Assembly: GCF_018977255.1 (NCBI RefSeq)
Contig: NW_024704743.1
Coordinates: 992,001 to 1,056,000, forward strand
DNA length: 64,000 nucleotides
Reading direction: 5' to 3'
Source of the DNA: Callorhinchus milii
Taxonomy: Eukaryota
How positions within the stretch are numbered: position 1 is the stretch's first letter; each line of letters starts with the position of its first letter. A program made the translations under genes and the position numbers. Below are positions 1-11,567 of the stretch, piece after piece. A model generated the notes under the pieces. That model made no database searches. It was not told the DNA's origin and saw nothing but the letters and a program-made list of their open reading frames with translations.

Positions 1-164
1 AATACAGGTGTAGGTACCAGAGTATTCCTTCCCCACATCCAGGAGGATCAGACTGTGCTGCATGTTTGAACTGGCTAATTTATAGCCAGGCGTGTCTTGC
101 TTGATCCAGATAACATCTTCCACAGACTCCTCTTTAAGCCAGGTTATGTCTGGAGCAGGAGATC
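1..164 (-). CDS. OBSCN: Obscurin exon, truncated by the window edge; second part of an Ig domain
   Basis: SPAPDITWLKEESVEDVIWIKQDTPGYKLASSNMQHSLILLDVGKEYSGTYTCI. Confidence 0.93.
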
Positions 165-918
165 CTGCAGATTTAATAATAATAAAATTAATAATAATAA
201 TCCTTGCATTTGATCACGTCACTCAGATGTCTCAAAGCGCTTCACAGAATACATTGTAAAGTGAATTCACTTCGTATTTTGAGAGCAAAACATGAAAGCC
301 AATTGCATGTAGCAGTGTGCCACAAACAGCCATGGATTGAGTGACTAATTTTGGGGGGAAGGATTAAGACCGCAGGAAAGCGATCCACTCACCAACTAAC
401 AGCCGGGTTCCTACTTACCGCTGGATAAATAATGCAGTGGTCAGATGAAGGAGGCCTTTGGCCCATCTGATCTCATCCATATCGGAACACCCATCCTACT
501 TGGCAACCCGTTCCAGTTAATTACCTTCTGAAAAACATCCCGGTGTCTGTCCTCAAATTGTCCTTTTGCGATATATGTCTTCTTGTCCTACTGCCTTGGT
601 GCACCCTTATTAGTATTATTCTGGTTTTACTTTTCCAATCCCATTTAAGGTCCTCTCTGAAAGGGACGACTTCTCTCAAGACCTGAAGAGTCTTAACTTG
701 TCTGATAGTTGCTCCAGCCAAGTACTCGCTGGTTAACCAGAAGTAGGAATACTGGCTGCCTCAGTTAACTCAGCATTGACCAAGGATCAAATACAGGACC
801 TTCTCAGTCTATATGGCTCAGCCATGCACTGGACAAACAACAGTTGCACTTTTAGAACACATCTACTGCGCTGGATGACTACCTTTACAGTTACTAATGG
901 ATGCAAGACCCATCATAC

Positions 919-1017
919 CTTCAACCTTGACCGTCAGTGTAATACTCGCTCCCTTCTTGACACGCTTGTTTGTGAACCGTTCCAGAAATCTCGGCGGCAC
1001 TAAGTTTTCTGTCGCTG
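919..1017 (-). CDS. OBSCN: Obscurin exon (99 or 96 bp), first part of an Ig domain
   Basis: TENLVPPRFLERFTNKRVKKGASITLTVKVE; TAGCAG tandem acceptor. Confidence 0.92.
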
Positions 1018-1364
1018 CTAAGCAAAAGAGATGGCGTTAGACGATAAAGTGCTATCGGCAAAACTAACTGCCTGGATATTCCAGCTTGTGAGCAAGTGAT
1101 CCGGCGTTCAATATAGCACCTACCATGTCAAAAGAACTCCCAGCACTTCACAGTAGTTGTCAAGTGCAGGAAAAGCGATCCGCCAATTGACTAACAAGCA
1201 GGTTCCTTACCTACCCCGAGGTAAATAGAATAGATCTGGAATCGTAGAATTTCTTAACAATTCTACGATTCCAGATGAACAATGATCTTAAACGGCCATA
1301 ACATTTTCAGGCCTAAGGTTCCATAAGATATACTGTTTCAAGCTGGGAGCAGCTGTAAATTTAC

Positions 1365-1406
1365 CTTTGGTTTCAGGCTCCCGCTTCTCAAACTCTTCTC
1401 CTGGGG
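1365..1406 (-). CDS. OBSCN: Obscurin 42-bp linker micro-exon (phase 1-1)
   Basis: tttcag acceptor, gtaaat donor; PGEEFEKREPETK, acidic linker at the expected position. Confidence 0.75.
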
Positions 1407-2013
1407 CTGAAATAGAATTGAAACACACAGAATGAACAGCTTCCTTGGGGAGCGCAGTGTCATCCATTGTAAGAGTGGAATGTAAGAGTGACTAACTGTC
1501 AACGAACAGGATCGGAGGCTCGAGTGCGATGTATCGCCTTCAGCCACAACTCCCCGAAGCTTCTGAACTCTCTCCCTCGATACCTCCACCTTGTTCCCTC
1601 CCTCCCCTCCCACATGACTGAAGACCTTCCTCTTCGACCGTGCGTATGGTCACCTTCGCCCTCCCCCTCTGCTCAGCGCCAGGCTCCGACACTGTTAAGC
1701 ACTCCGAGACGCCTGAAGCTCGCCATTTGACGTGAGTTGTTGTTGATGTTGTTGAGCTTCACCAGCGTGGCCCTCTCACCATAACTCCCTGTCCCAGTGG
1801 CTAGTCGGCCCTTCCAAGTCCTGCCCATGAGCCAGGCTGGCAGGACAGTCATCAGCAGCGCCCTTGGAGTACTGCGGACCTGCCTGGCTCAGGAACTGGA
1901 CTACCGAGTCCGCCACAGGAGAGTGGCCTCGATTCTAATATTCCATTGCTAAACATGCCACCTGGGAGCCGGTTCAATTCCAAGGTAAGCTTACCGCCAC
2001 AAAGGATCCTTAC

Positions 2014-2211
2014 CTTGTACGTGCAAGACAGCGGACGTATATGCAGAACCTGAAGAATTGCTGACGTAGGCGGCATATTCACCATCATCCTCTTTGGAAA
2101 CATCAAGGATTTCCAGTGAATGATTCCCTTTGTCCTCACTCATCAGCACCTTGTCAGTGCCACGCAGAGGCTTACCATTCCGAAACCAATACACCCGAGG
2201 AACTGGATAGC
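2014..2211 (-). CDS. OBSCN: Obscurin exon (198 bp), second half of an Ig domain
   Basis: YPVPRVYWFRNG...GEYAAYVSNSSGSAYTSAVLHVQ. Confidence 0.94.
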
Positions 2212-2750
2212 CTGTGGCAGTGAACACGTTGAACCATCTTACATCACATGATTTAGAACAGAAGAGAATAACAATAATAACATAATAATAATAATAATAA
2301 ATACATCCGGTCATTTCAAATAAATGACTATTATTAATCATCTCATAATATTCCATGCCTTTGATATCACGCCTTGACACTTCTTCGAGACGTCCAAAAA
2401 CTCTTCACAGAATAGACTGTAAAGTGGATTAACTGTATGTTCTGCGGGCGAATCGTGGCAGCCAGTTGGGCACAGCAGTGTCCTACAAACAGTCGTGGAT
2501 TTAGTAACCAAATTGTTATTATTTTGACTCTATCCCAGAGTCCCTCTGACTCGCTCACTCTCTCCCTACTTTTAAACCTCCTGTTTCGCCTACAAAATAT
2601 ACAGTCAATTCGCTTTACAGCGTATCCTATCTCGTAGACGTGATAAGGCGCTGTGTGTCAAATGCTAGGATTGTTATAATTATTATTTTATTATTAAGTA
2701 GGTTGACTGCGCTTCTAGTCATTGCCCAGAGAGACAATTGTTCAGCAAAC

Positions 2751-2878
2751 CTTTCACTTCAATTTGCAGTTTCGTCATGGGTGCCCCAAGGGTGACGAAA
2801 GCATCGTGAAGTTCCTCCACTATTTGTGGCAGCTGCTCCTCCTCAGCCTGAGACTCCAAACCTTCCAAATTCTGCTCC
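2751..2878 (-). CDS. OBSCN: Obscurin exon (128 bp, phase 2-1), first half of an Ig domain
   Basis: EQNLEGLESQAEEEQLPQIVEELHD...KLQIEVK. Confidence 0.92.
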
Positions 2879-3166
2879 CTGTTGAGGCCAGTGAAGACAC
2901 CAAGAATTAATACGACGGATCCCTTATTCACAAGAACCCAAAATGAAACCTCCAGCCAAGAGTTAGACTGTTATTGATTGGCGAAGAAACGAAGAAGCCC
3001 CAAAAGCCAACAAAACAGCCTGTGCACTCAATAGTTGTTTGCCAATGAATACACAGTCACTACACTATAGAGGCACTGCACATGTCAGACACCCCGGCTG
3101 ACCGAAGCAACAATGTGAAAAATCCCAGTGTCTATCACGGTAAATAGTCCCGGCTTCAAAACTGAC

Positions 3167-3242
3167 CGTGTGAGAGAGGCTTGAGCACTGACATAGGAAG
3201 ATGTTTCCGTGGCTTCAGCTGTATCGTAGTCTGAGCTGGTAA
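3167..3242 (-). CDS. OBSCN: Obscurin linker exon (76 bp, phase 1-2; not in the ORF track)
   Basis: TSSDYDTAEATETSSYVSAQASLT; ccag acceptor, gtcagt donor. Confidence 0.92.
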
Positions 3243-3429
3243 CTGGAGAACATATCGTAAAACTGTTAGTAAAGGAATAGCAATTATTTCACAATTTTCC
3301 CAAAAGACAACATTGACCGTGGTCAATTTTTCCATTTAAATAGTCATTTTAATTTTCCCCAAAATTTAGCACTGTGTGATACTTTCGCCCTCGTTAATTC
3401 GTGCGAGAATTGTTATTATTATTGCTTAC

Positions 3430-3708
3430 CATCCACTCTCAGTTCAGCCTTTGTTGAACTAACTCCAATGTAGTTTTCTGCCACACATCTGTACACTCCC
3501 ATGTCACTCAGAAGGACAGACGTCAATATAAGCTGGTGGCATCCATCTTGGTCTTCATTGATCATGTAGTGGTCGTTCTCCTCAAGAACCTTTCCGTCTT
3601 TGAACCATCGAATGGTCGGAGGTGGGTAACCACCCACCATACAGTCAAAGCTGATGGGGTAGCCTTCTTGAACCTCCTGGTTCTGGAGCTCGGATACAAA
3701 ATGGGGCG
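3430..3708 (-). CDS. OBSCN: Obscurin Ig exon (279 bp)
   Basis: PHFVSELQNQEVQEGYPISFDC...SSTKAELRVD; the acceptor is a weaker aag. Confidence 0.93.
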
Positions 3709-3783
3709 CTTCAGGCGATAACAAGACATGTCAAAGGCATTATATGGTGAAGTGATACCAAGCGTGCAAAAGCAAAACCCTGT

Positions 3784-3963
3784 AGATGCTGAAATAAAAA
3801 CGTGAGTGGCTGGGAACACGCAACAGGTCAGGCAGCATCTATGGAGAGAGGAAAATGAGTTAACGTTTCAGGTCGATGACCTTTTGACGAACGGTCAACT
3901 CATTTTCCTCTCTCCACAGATGCTGCCGGGCCTGCTGCGTGTTCCCAACCACTTCTGGTTTGA
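3784..3963. mobile_element. Palindromic Penelope-pLTR-like element (copies at about 27403-27580 and 29165-29330)
   Basis: Inverted arms of about 60 bp: GGCAGCATCTATGGAGAGAGGAAAATGAGTT / AACTCATTTTCCTCTCTCCACAGATGCTGCC. Confidence 0.65.
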
Positions 3964-4640
3964 TCCCGAGCGTGTATCTCATTTTAAGCAACAACACAAA
4001 TCCCAAAGGCGAATAAAGGGAAGTTTAACACAATGGAGTTTTCATTCACAAAGTGTTAAAGGACGCAGCTGTATTAACTGATCGACTTTTGCCTCTGTTG
4101 ATGTTTATTCCTCACGGTTTTAACAATCAGTTGACGTTCGAATTCAATTGCACGGCACAGAAATAAGAGTCAACTTTCTGCGCCATGTTTGAGCCTGTTC
4201 AAATGGTGCGCAAGCAAAGCTGTGCTTGTCAGGTTTAAGGATCGGATGCAAAGGTGAGCGCTCGAGGGAGGGAGTTCCAAAGTTTGGGGCAGTAGGAATT
4301 GAAGGCTCAGCCACCGATGCTGAGCCGCAGCCGGTTCAGCGAGCCGGAGTTAGCTGAGCGCATGGGGACAAGCGGAGGGGTAGGGCAGGGGAAGTATGGA
4401 GAGATAAGGAGGTTCCAGGGAGCGGAAGAACTTGTGGGCAAGGATAAGGATCTGGGAGCCAGGAGAAGAGAGCGGCCAGGACTGGGGGTTAGTGGACGTT
4501 CAGGGTTTGGTGCGGGTGCGGATCATGGGGAGGGGAGGGGAGAGGGGGGGGGTGAGTTTTCGACGGCTTTGCAGCTTGTGGTGGGTGGCGTTGTTGGGAG
4601 ACCAGCCAAAAAAAGGGGACACACGACACGGCAGACTCAC

Positions 4641-6008
4641 CAGCCTCGGCCCCGCTGGCGGCTGATCTCTCTCTCGCGGGCGGCAGACCTGCTTCCGACT
4701 CAGAAGAAGCGGAGAACTGCGAGGCCTTTTTAATCCGGATTTGCGCCCGGGCCCCGTCCTCGCAGATGTCGATATGGACCGGGACCCCCCGGCCGACAAA
4801 CATCTCCTTGAACCTGGCCGCCGCCAGCTCGGCCTCCAGCAAGGTGTCGAACTTCACGTAGATGTACCTCTCGTCCTCGTGGTAGGTCTGCTTGTCCCGG
4901 GGGTCTTCTCCCTCATCGGCACTGACGAATAACTCCTCCTCGACCTCGGAGAACTCGAGTGGCAGCAGCTGCGAGCGCAGGAGCCGGTGCAGCCGCTTGC
5001 CCGCCCTGCGGAAGGCGTCGTCCATTTCGCTCCCCGAGGAGCTCTCCGGCTCACTGTCGCTGCCGGGCTTCCTGGCCGGATCCCGCCGGGGCTCCGGGCC
5101 GGCCCACGGGCCGCCCCTCCCGACGCGGAGCCCGGCACTGTGCGAGGTGGTGCCCAAGGCGTTGGAAACCTCGCAGGTGTAGGTCCCCGCGTCTTTCTCT
5201 TCCACGCCCGCCACGATGAGGGAGCAGGTTCCGTCTGGGTAGCTGTCGATGTGGTGGTGGCGCCCGTCGGCCAGGGCCACCCCGTCCTTCAGCCACCGCA
5301 CTCTGATCTCGGTCTTGCTCAGCGACACGCACTCCAGGTGCAGGGTCCGGCCTGGCTCGCTCACCTGGTCTTTGAAGACCTCCCCAAACACAGGCGGGCC
5401 CTCTTCCTCCCGCCGCTGCTGCTGCTTGAGGCCCTTCCTGGTCTTGTAGCCCTTGAAAGCCGCCTGGATCTTGGTGGCGGCCTCCACGAGCGACGGGTCC
5501 TCTCCCGGGGCGGCTGTGCCCTGCGGCTGCTCGGGTTCCGTCACCGACGTCTCCCAGTGCTTCCAGAACTTGCTTGTCGAAACGGTTTGGACTTTCCCGG
5601 CCACGGTGATGGTGGACTTGCCCGCCCTCTTCAGGTAGTGGACGAGGCAGGGGGTGCTCGACCTGGAATCCTCGTCGGAGCTCGTGTAGGAATCCCAAAC
5701 GCGGGACGTTTCATCCGTGGACAGGTCCTCGCTCTCCGCGGCTCTCTGCTTCCGACGTTTCTGCGCCTTGTCGTCTTCCTCCGGCACTTCGCAGATGGAA
5801 TCCAGGGTTGGCTCCCGGCTCATTCGCCGTTTCTTGGCCAAGGCCTCCCACAGGAGGTGCAAGTCTCCTTCCTGGGCGGCCTCCGGGGGCAAGCTTGGCT
5901 TGGCTGGCAGCTCTCCCGACTCCTCTTCCTCGCCCGTCAGCTCGGCTATAACCTGCGCGGACTCCTCTACGGCTTCCAAGTCGGGCTCCGGCACAGGCTG
6001 GGGCTCAA
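4641..6008 (-). CDS. OBSCN: Obscurin large GC-rich exon (1368 bp): unique region, IQ calmodulin-binding motif, one Ig domain
   Basis: ttccgcag acceptor, gtgagt donor; AATKIQAAFKGYKTRK (IQ); RWLKDGVALADGRHHHID...YTCEVSNALG. Confidence 0.96.
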
Positions 6009-8330
6009 CTGCGGAACAGTAAGGCTTTGAATTATTGGAAGTCAGACATTCGTTAAGTACAATCTCACCGAGACAGAGACAGGAGGAACGAACGGTCAGT
6101 GCATTGGAGAGTGAAATTAAAATTCACAGAAATTTTAAGAAATAGGAGCATTGTATTACAGCACTCAATACAAATGACAAATTTATATTGATATATAGTG
6201 CCTTCCACATCGGGAGGACATTCCAAAGCGCTCAAATTATGAAGTCTGTTTGAATATTATTCAGAAAGTGTTTATGTACCTATTTACAACGCCTCCCCTC
6301 CCCACTCCCATCACCAACTACCCTAGCGTCCTTTTAAACCAATCGGGCCTTCCGAGATTATACTTCACGCCGCGTACATGAAATGATTAATTGCACACAA
6401 AACGGTGACTACATGTTGAACCCCCTCCAGCTACACATCCTAACCTTTCAACAGCCTTATAATTTGCTAATTTTATTGTTTAGCCAGTAAAAGCAACTTT
6501 AACACACAGGTCTCAGGAGCCCGTATCCTCCAATTCATTCACTGAATATTTTATAAATAATAATAATAATAATACTCCTTGCATTTATTTGATAGATCAG
6601 GTCTTCTAGCCGTCTCAAAGCGCTTCACAGAATATACTGTAAAGAACTGTCAATAGCATCCTTCTATCGCTCGGTCTTGATTTGCATTGATTTTTTTTTG
6701 GTGGGGTGGGGGGAATATTTTTACGTCTAAACTGTGAGTCTTGGTGGCATTGTTTTACACGAACCGCGTACCAATTCACCTCTCATACACCGCTGGGTTA
6801 CAGGAACTCTTACCGGCCACTGCCCAACACAGCAGAGTTTCTTCAGCGACCACTATTTAAACAAAGATGTCCAAAGTGAATGACAATGTTTACGACGTTG
6901 ATTTCTTTTCCCCAAACAAAGTGATTGCCCCCCCCCCACACCCTTCCCCCCAGGCCCGAAATTAAACTGTAAGGCTGTGGGTAATTTTGGGTAACGAAAT
7001 TAAAATCAAATGATAATAAATTGGTCACTCAATCCACACTGTGCTTTTAGATGTCTCGAAGACATGATAAGGCGCTGTATCTAATACAAGGATTATTGTT
7101 ATTATTATGTTATAAATTTTGGAAAACGGTCTGGATTTGGAGATTGATTTTCTTCAATCGTGAAAAAGAACAGCAGAAAATATAGAGTAGATTTAAGACT
7201 GATTTCCAAAATACTGCTCAATCTTCAATTTTACGACTGTGGAATTTTACGACAGGAGGGTGAGAAATTTCGGCCCCAGAAGCAAAAGCAGTGCTGAACA
7301 TCCTATCAATAACTCTCAGATCTTAATCTCTTTAGAAACTTCCAAAAGAGGGATTATAATGCACATTTCATTAACTGAATAATACTCAAACAGACTTTAC
7401 AGTTTGAGCGCCTTGAAACGATGTCCTCCCGATGTGAAAAGAAACTATATAAATTATATTAATTTTATGCACATGAATCAATTGATTTTTTTAATGTTTC
7501 TTCTTGTTCAGTAAAAGTGTGAAACCCAAAATTCATAACAAAAACGTAGCAAACGGGCATTCAAACCCTTAAGACTTTGCCTTGCTACGTGGCAATGTTA
7601 TTCGCAAGATCACAAGATTGGTTTGGATGAAGAAGGCCCTTTGGCCTATCTGCTCTCCTCCCTCGAGAACAACCACTCTGCTGTCCCCCACCATAGCATC
7701 GAGCTGTTTTATAAATGATATGATCAGACATTTAAATTCTCAGGGAACACAGTAGATTCTCAGCTGTGTTAAAACATTTGTGCCATCTAACAATTGAAAG
7801 TAGGCACATGGGTTATGGACACCCTTGGAAAAGGTTTCTTCAGGTAAGAAGGACGATGACGTGGAGAGAAAAAGTTGTAAAGAAATGAAAAGACCAAGAA
7901 GTGGTTGATTCCCAAATCGTGTGCTCTTGTCATCCGTCAAAAAATATTGGCCCAAAGTGAGAGATGAAATCAGTGGACATGGAATATGAGCGTACGCATT
8001 TGATTCCCTCTTTGAAGGAAGATATGCACGACACCTATCACACTGGCATAAAGCTGGTGAAAGTACATACAAGAAGAACATTTCCAAGCAAAAGCATTGC
8101 TTAGAAAATCTGCAATAACATTAACTTCATGTTGACCATTCCATAGTAGAGCAGCAGAGATTTCCTTCTCTGTCAAGGTTCATGACTTGCCTGTGTGTTC
8201 TGCTGGAGCAAGTCTTAGAAGAAAAAATGTTTTCTGTGTCTTAGAAAAAAATATTTAAAACAATCAGGAAGGACTGATGATGAGGTCAAAATATTTAACG
8301 TTTCCCAAATGTAACAAAGTGCTTCACATG

Positions 8331-8545
8331 GCCCAAAATTCCACACTTTTGAGTCTACTTTGACTTAAAACGGCACAGATTTGGGGGAAACGTCTTCAAT
8401 TGAGTCTTAATCTGGAATCCGGTTTTCCATAACTTCTTAAAAAGAACCAGTTGCCAAATTAAGAGTTTTGCCCGCAATTCTGCACAACCTTAAATCTTGA
8501 GACAAAGTGGCTTAACAGCCTAGGACTAGATGGAATTTTGGGGGC
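8331..8545. mobile_element. Candidate MITE with 12-bp terminal inverted repeats
   Basis: CCCAAAATTCCA ... TGGAATTTTGGG. Confidence 0.4.
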
Positions 8546-8579
8546 AAGAGACTGCACAATTTTCTTAAAAGATCTGACC

Positions 8580-8646
8580 ATATATAATATATATCAATGT
8601 TAATATATATATATATATAATTATATATAATATATATTATATATAC
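8580..8646. repeat. (TA)n-rich low-complexity tract
   Basis: Directly visible. Confidence 0.9.
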
Positions 8647-8827
8647 ACACTCTATACATATGTTTATAGACAGAAAAGCGACATATGTTTGAAAGGATTC
8701 ACTTGCTCATTGATGTGAATGAGCAGGTTTCAGTTCTGCTGCCAGGTCCTGCTTTCGTTGGCAAAGCGTGAAAAACATGCTAAGCTTGCGGCGCTTACAC
8801 GTGGGGCTTCCGACCCACAATTCTCAC

Positions 8828-9118
8828 CCAGCAAAACCGTCTGCGGTAAATGAACAGGTTCTCCAGCGCCAGCCCGGTTCAGAGCCGAGATGCGGAATCT
8901 GTAACCCAAGCCTGGCACCAGATTATCAACGGTGAGCTCCGTGTCCTTGACCACATTTGTGTTACACGGCGACCAGCGGTCACTGTCAGTAGACTTCATC
9001 TCAATGCTGTAGCCTAGTAAACTACAGCCACCATCGCTCAGTGGCGTAAACCAAGAGAGCGTAACAGACTCGCTGGTCTTGCTAAGGACTTCTGGATCTT
9101 CAGGAGGATCGGGGAGGC
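8828..9118 (-). CDS. OBSCN: Obscurin fibronectin type III exon (291 bp)
   Basis: LPDPPEDPEVLSKTSESVTLSWFTPLSDGG...YRFRISALNRAGAGEPVHLPQTVLL. Confidence 0.96.
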
Positions 9119-10274
9119 CTGGGGGAGGTGCAGAGTTAAAATGATTAAGGAGACGAAATCAAATACAAATGTGCCCCAGTTGCTAACGTTTCACCCTCCT
9201 GCGTCCCGCCACTCTTCCTGGTGATTAGTTCCAGTTGCTTATTATTCCCTAGTTAAGCACTATCAGAAAATACTGTAAAGTGAATCGATTGTGCATTTAT
9301 GTGAGCGAAACGTTGCAGCCAATTGTGCACAGCAGCGTCCCACAAACAGTCGTGCGTTGAGTGACCAAATTATTATTAATTTTTAAAAAATTTTTAGAAA
9401 GAATGATTACCCCCAGAAAGCAATCCGCCAATTAACTTTAATTTTAATTACTGTATATATCTCTATTAAGTCCCACTAGTTCCGAGACTAACCATCTCCG
9501 GTTTATCTAATCATCCTCAAAGCTCATTCCTCTAATAGTGGGGAGCAGCCTCCTTGCTTTCTCTGTTCTCCCACTTATGTCACAATTATACATTGCACTT
9601 CATGTCCAGCCTGACCATACAAGACTGCTGGGAATATAAAGTCAACTCAATTGGCAATGCAGCCATGCACCTAACTCACTTTGCTTACTGTAGTTACACT
9701 GCTTAAATACAGTGAACATAATATATAAATGCATCAACATATTTTAGTGAAGTCTGGGCTTACAGAATAACATTAGCCTTTTCTCTGATAGACATTTGTT
9801 TCCATGCAGCCTTCTCAGGTGAAAGGACAGGGAACGACCAAGCCACAAACTTTCCCCAAGCACAACAAGCACTGCAAATATGGGATCAGCAAACAGACAG
9901 CAAGGCAGAACAGCGCACTGTACGATAAGGAGATAAGGACTCAAAGCTTGGACAAGCGAAAATGAATATAAAAATGTCACTACTCGATAGGGTGTAATGA
10001 GAAACTGTATATGGAACAGCGCGGGAGACAAGGTGAGGTTGAATTGTGGTGTTAATTTAAAAGGGAGCTGGTTAGGTGTTTTTTTGGACGTGAAGTGACT
10101 TAGGAATATAAACGTGTATATTATTCTTACCAGGCAGCTCGGGTAACAACAGTCTCTCTCTTCTGAATTTTTACATGACAAAACAGAATATTTCTAGCCA
10201 CCACTGAAAGCTGATGCTCCATCAGACACAACCACAACTCGCTGCCAAATTAAGCTCATTATCACTGAGGCCGA

Positions 10275-10785
10275 CAACAACAACAGCAACAAATTGCATT
10301 TATATAGTGCCTTTCACGTCAGGAGGTGCTGGACAGTCAAAGCTTAGTACCTGAGCTGGGGGTTGAAATCAAGAGGGGTGGAGAGGACAAGGGTGGGGGG
10401 GGGGGGGTGACTGAAGATCAAAGAGGAAGGTCTTGAGATGGGCCTTGAAGGAGGCAAGGGAGGGGGGTGGGGGGTGAGGTGAAGGGATACTGGGTTCTAA
10501 ATGGTGGGGGTAGAGAGGCTGAAGACCCGACTGCCAATGGTGGGGCGGGCGGGCAGCTCGGGGCGGGGACATGGGGAAGGCCAGGGCCCGCTGAGCAGAG
10601 GGAGAGGCCAGGTAGATATGGTTATAGCAGGTCGCAGAGGTAGGGAGGGGGTAAGACCTTGGAAGGCTTTATATCTCAAACTCCATCCTCTGGGGGACGG
10701 GGGGGGAGCCAGTGGAGCCGGGCGAGGGCGGGGGTGATAGGGTCACGGAACCTGATGCGGGAGAGGGCACGAGCTGCAGAATAAT
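10275..10785 (-). mobile_element. L2-clade LINE 3-prime fragment
   Basis: SAARALSRIRFRDPITPALARLHWLP peptide; same 3-prime UTR and (TTG)n tail. Confidence 0.85.
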
Positions 10786-10952
10786 ATGGAGCTCGTGGAG
10801 GGAAGAGTTGGCAAGTCCAGACAGAAGAGAAACTCAAAACAGCCCAACTCTGGATATCAGACAAGCATGTTGGGTTACTGCACAAACAGAGCACTGGTGC
10901 GGCTCGGCCAGACTTAAAGCCAAACGAAGCTTGCAGGATGTAAAGATCTTAC

Positions 10953-11225
10953 CAATAACTGATAATTTTGCTGATGTAATGGCATCCCTGGAGGCAAAAG
11001 TGATTTCTCCAGAATGACGAGCTAGTGCGTGGGTCAGAATGAGCCTGTGAGTGGTTTTCTCTGCCTTTTTCTCCCAGTGTTCGTCTGGATGGATTTCAGT
11101 TCCATTCAGATACCAGCTTACTTCGGACACGGGGATTATTTCATTTAATACACACTCAAATTCAGCAGTGTTTGCCTGGACCACTTCAACATCTCTCATG
11201 GGCTCCAATACGTCAATATGCCAAC
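10953..11225 (-). CDS. OBSCN: Obscurin Ig exon (273 bp), positional equivalent of human Ig59
   Basis: WHIDVLEPMRD...HSGEITFASRDAITSAKLSVI. Confidence 0.95.
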
Positions 11226-11284
11226 CTATGCAGAACAAATATACGTCACATAGCAGTGGTGCTCTCTCCTCGATCACTGTGACC

Positions 11285-11567
11285 ATAATAATCCTTGAAT
11301 TTGATATAGTGCTTTGACTGTGTATTTTGCATACAGCAGTGTCCCACAAACAGTTGTGGATTGAGTGACAATTTTTTTTAAAAAAGGATTATTACCCCCG
11401 GAAAAGTCATCCGCCAATCGACTAGCAAATGGGTTCTTACTTACTGCTGAGTAAACAGAGGCGTGTGGAGTAAGGAAACTTGCCTAATGTTACATTCTGC
11501 TTGGGAATCAAACCCAGGTCATCTCTCTTGAGAGGCGAGTGCTCTAACCAATACGCCACAGGACTCC
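11285..11567 (-). mobile_element. tRNA-derived SINE, same family, internally deleted
   Basis: Head and tail match the family on the minus strand. Confidence 0.8.

Noticed and set aside
4987..6030. 347-aa plus-strand ORF and other long overlapping ORFs
   Set aside because: Antisense or alternative-frame shadows of the GC-rich obscurin exon; no recognisable domain.
7964..8104. Plus-strand peptide HDTYHTGIKL resembling a retroelement integrase zinc finger
   Set aside because: No CxxC, an early stop, and no other LTR-element features; too weak.
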